From Malacoraja senta (taxonomy: Eukaryota), in assembly GCA_038087875.1 (NCBI GenBank), contig JAXLNO010000556.1:62001-126000 (forward strand): a DNA stretch of 64,000 nt, written 5' to 3'. Made by a program: the position numbers and the translations under genes. The notes under the pieces were generated by a model. It made no database searches and was not told the origin of the DNA. It saw only the letters and a list, made by a program, of their open reading frames with translations. Each line of letters opens with the position of its first letter. Position 1 is the first letter of the stretch. This document shows positions 61,959 through 64,000 of the stretch, piece after piece.

Positions 61959-64000
61959 TTTTTTTAAATTTAATCTTTGTATTTGAATTTCACGGCAACT
62001 TACATACATACAATAATAACAGACAGTAATAATCAAGGCATCATTGCACAACAGTATGTAAGCGATCCTCAAAACCCTTGCCCTTACCCACCTTCAACCC
62101 ACCCAAGTCAGGTCGGAGCCAAACGGGGACAAACAACACTCACATACGTACACATCCACACACAAATGGTAGAATAGAAGAAACAAAATGTGCTATATAA
62201 AAATTAAAAAAATAAAAAAATAATAATAATAAAAAAATATATATATATATAAACATATATATCTAAATAAACAATTGTAGGCAGGGGGGATTAAGGGTAA
62301 AGCAGCTGCTGTAGAACAAAACGATGATGGAGAACACTCAGTCCTCTTCCGAGTCCGGGGACAAGGTAAGAGAGTTAACCAGTTCAAAGAAAGGGTTCCA
62401 TGTATCTAGGAATGTCTTGGTAGAGCCTTTGAGAGAGAACCTACGTTTTTCAAGTTTCAGATTGTAAAGCACCTCCTTAATCCAACGGGCGTGTGTCGGG
62501 GGACAGGTGTGCCTCCAACTAAGCAAGATCAGTCTCCGGGCTAACAAGGTTGTAAAAGCTAGGACCCGTTTCACCGCAACAGAGAGGTTGGTATTGGGAG
62601 GGGTACCGAAAATGGCTGACATTGGATTTGGAAGAATAGTCTGGTCGTAAGCTCTGTTTATCAATTCAAAAGCTCTCCTCCAAAAGGCTTAGGGCAAGAC
62701 CAAAACATGTGGCTAGGGTTGGCAGTAGATCGACTACATCTGTTACAGGTGTCATTGACAGCTGGGTACATTCTAGCTAATCTTGCATTTGTATAGTGGA
62801 CTTTGTAAAGGACTTTGCATTGGATTAGGCCATGACGAGCGCATATGGAAGAAGAGTGGATCAAATCCAAGGCAGAGTCCCATTGCTGGTCTGTTAATTG
62901 CGTATTCAGCTCTCCCTCCCACGCAGCTTTTAATGAGGTATGAGGTTTCAATAAAACCGACCCTAGCAAATTATACAAAATAGAGATGCATTTCTTCCGA
63001 TTGGGGGTCTAAAGCTAAGATGATATCAGTCAGGGTTTCAGGAGGGCGATTTGGGAAGTAGGGAAATGTCTTCTTCACAAAATCCCTAATCTGGAAAAAC
63101 CGAAAAAGGTGGGAGTTTGGGAGGTTGACGAGAGCTCCGCGAAAGATGAGAAGATACCATCCTTATATAGGTTTTTAATACTATTGATGCCATTACTATG
63201 CCAGGTTTTAAATGCGTGGTCTATACTTGAAGGTTTAAAAATGTGATTTTTAAGCAGTGGGGTCAAGATGGAAGGACCCTGTAAACCGAGGTTTTTCCTA
63301 AATTGACTCCATATCTTGAGCGAAAGGGACACAATTGGGCCTGCACCCACAGATGTTATAGAAAGGGGGAGTTGGGAGCATATGACAGACCGCAATGGGA
63401 GACGTGAACTCGCCTTTTCCATATATATCCAGATCGGTGGGTGCTCGCAATCAGCATTCATCCAATACAGGAGTTTTTGCAAGTTACCTGCCCAGTAGTA
63501 TCGCCTAAAATCAGGGAGGGCCAAACCGCCATCACTCTTAGGCGACTGCAGTATCGCCTTTCGGATTCTGACCGGTTTGCTACCCCATAAGAATTTAGAT
63601 ATTGTCCTTTCTAATTTGTCAAAAAAAGATTTGGTGATAAGTATGGGGACATGCTGGAAAAGATACAGGAATTTGGGTAGGACAACCATCTTAACCAGAT
63701 TTATCCGGCCCACGAGGGATAGCGGTAAGACTGACCAGCGATCAAAATATGTTTCGGCTTTCTCAACCAGAGGCAAAAAGTTTGTGCGGAACATATCAGA
63801 TAAGGGTATTGTGATTAAAAACGCCGAGATAGCGAAACCCATCCTCTGCCCTTTTGAATGAGGTTAAAGAGCGAGGGAGCTGCTTAGCCGGTAAGTTAAT
63901 CGGTAATAGCTCACTCTTTTGGTAGTTAAGTTTATAACCAGAATATGCACCAAACCGTTCTAAAATATTCATAATCACAGGGGGATAACTGACCGGGTTC
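61959..64000 (-). mobile_element. L1-clade LINE 3' part (different family), runs off the window
   Basis: SGYKLNYQKS, GRINLVKMVVLPKFLY, GGLALPDF, zinc knuckle CNRC..HMFWSC; poly-A end. Confidence 0.93.

Overview
Eukaryotic, transposon-saturated vertebrate DNA, not prokaryotic. HE1-like tRNA-derived SINEs and HER1/CR1 LINE tails point to a cartilaginous fish, probably a skate or ray (inference). Most of the window is nested mobile elements. An L1-clade LINE with both termini and a 13-bp TSD (2624-13797) hosts a Ty3/Gypsy element, whose 3' LTR hosts a Rex1/Babar LINE. A second Gypsy copy with an apparently unbroken gag-pol runs off the left edge. A second L1 (51895-61958) hosts three young CR1 fragments, an internally deleted BEL/Pao element and a third L1. 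There are also L2, Penelope and many CR1 fragments, four GC-rich non-autonomous retroelements, kb-long C/T tracts and a 200-N gap. No host protein-coding gene is recognisable. The residual sequence holds the most interesting signals: (i) an exactly 16-bp-phased TTCGG array behind a CCAAT/GC-box cluster and a long inverted repeat (22450-23050); (ii) a 51-nt exon-like segment identical in two otherwise ~10% diverged duplicates (27428, 40043); (iii) further candidate micro-exons in a second duplication; (iv) a candidate minus-strand gene 5' end split by the L1. All calls were made by eye. No alignment or database search was run, and most fragment boundaries are approximate.
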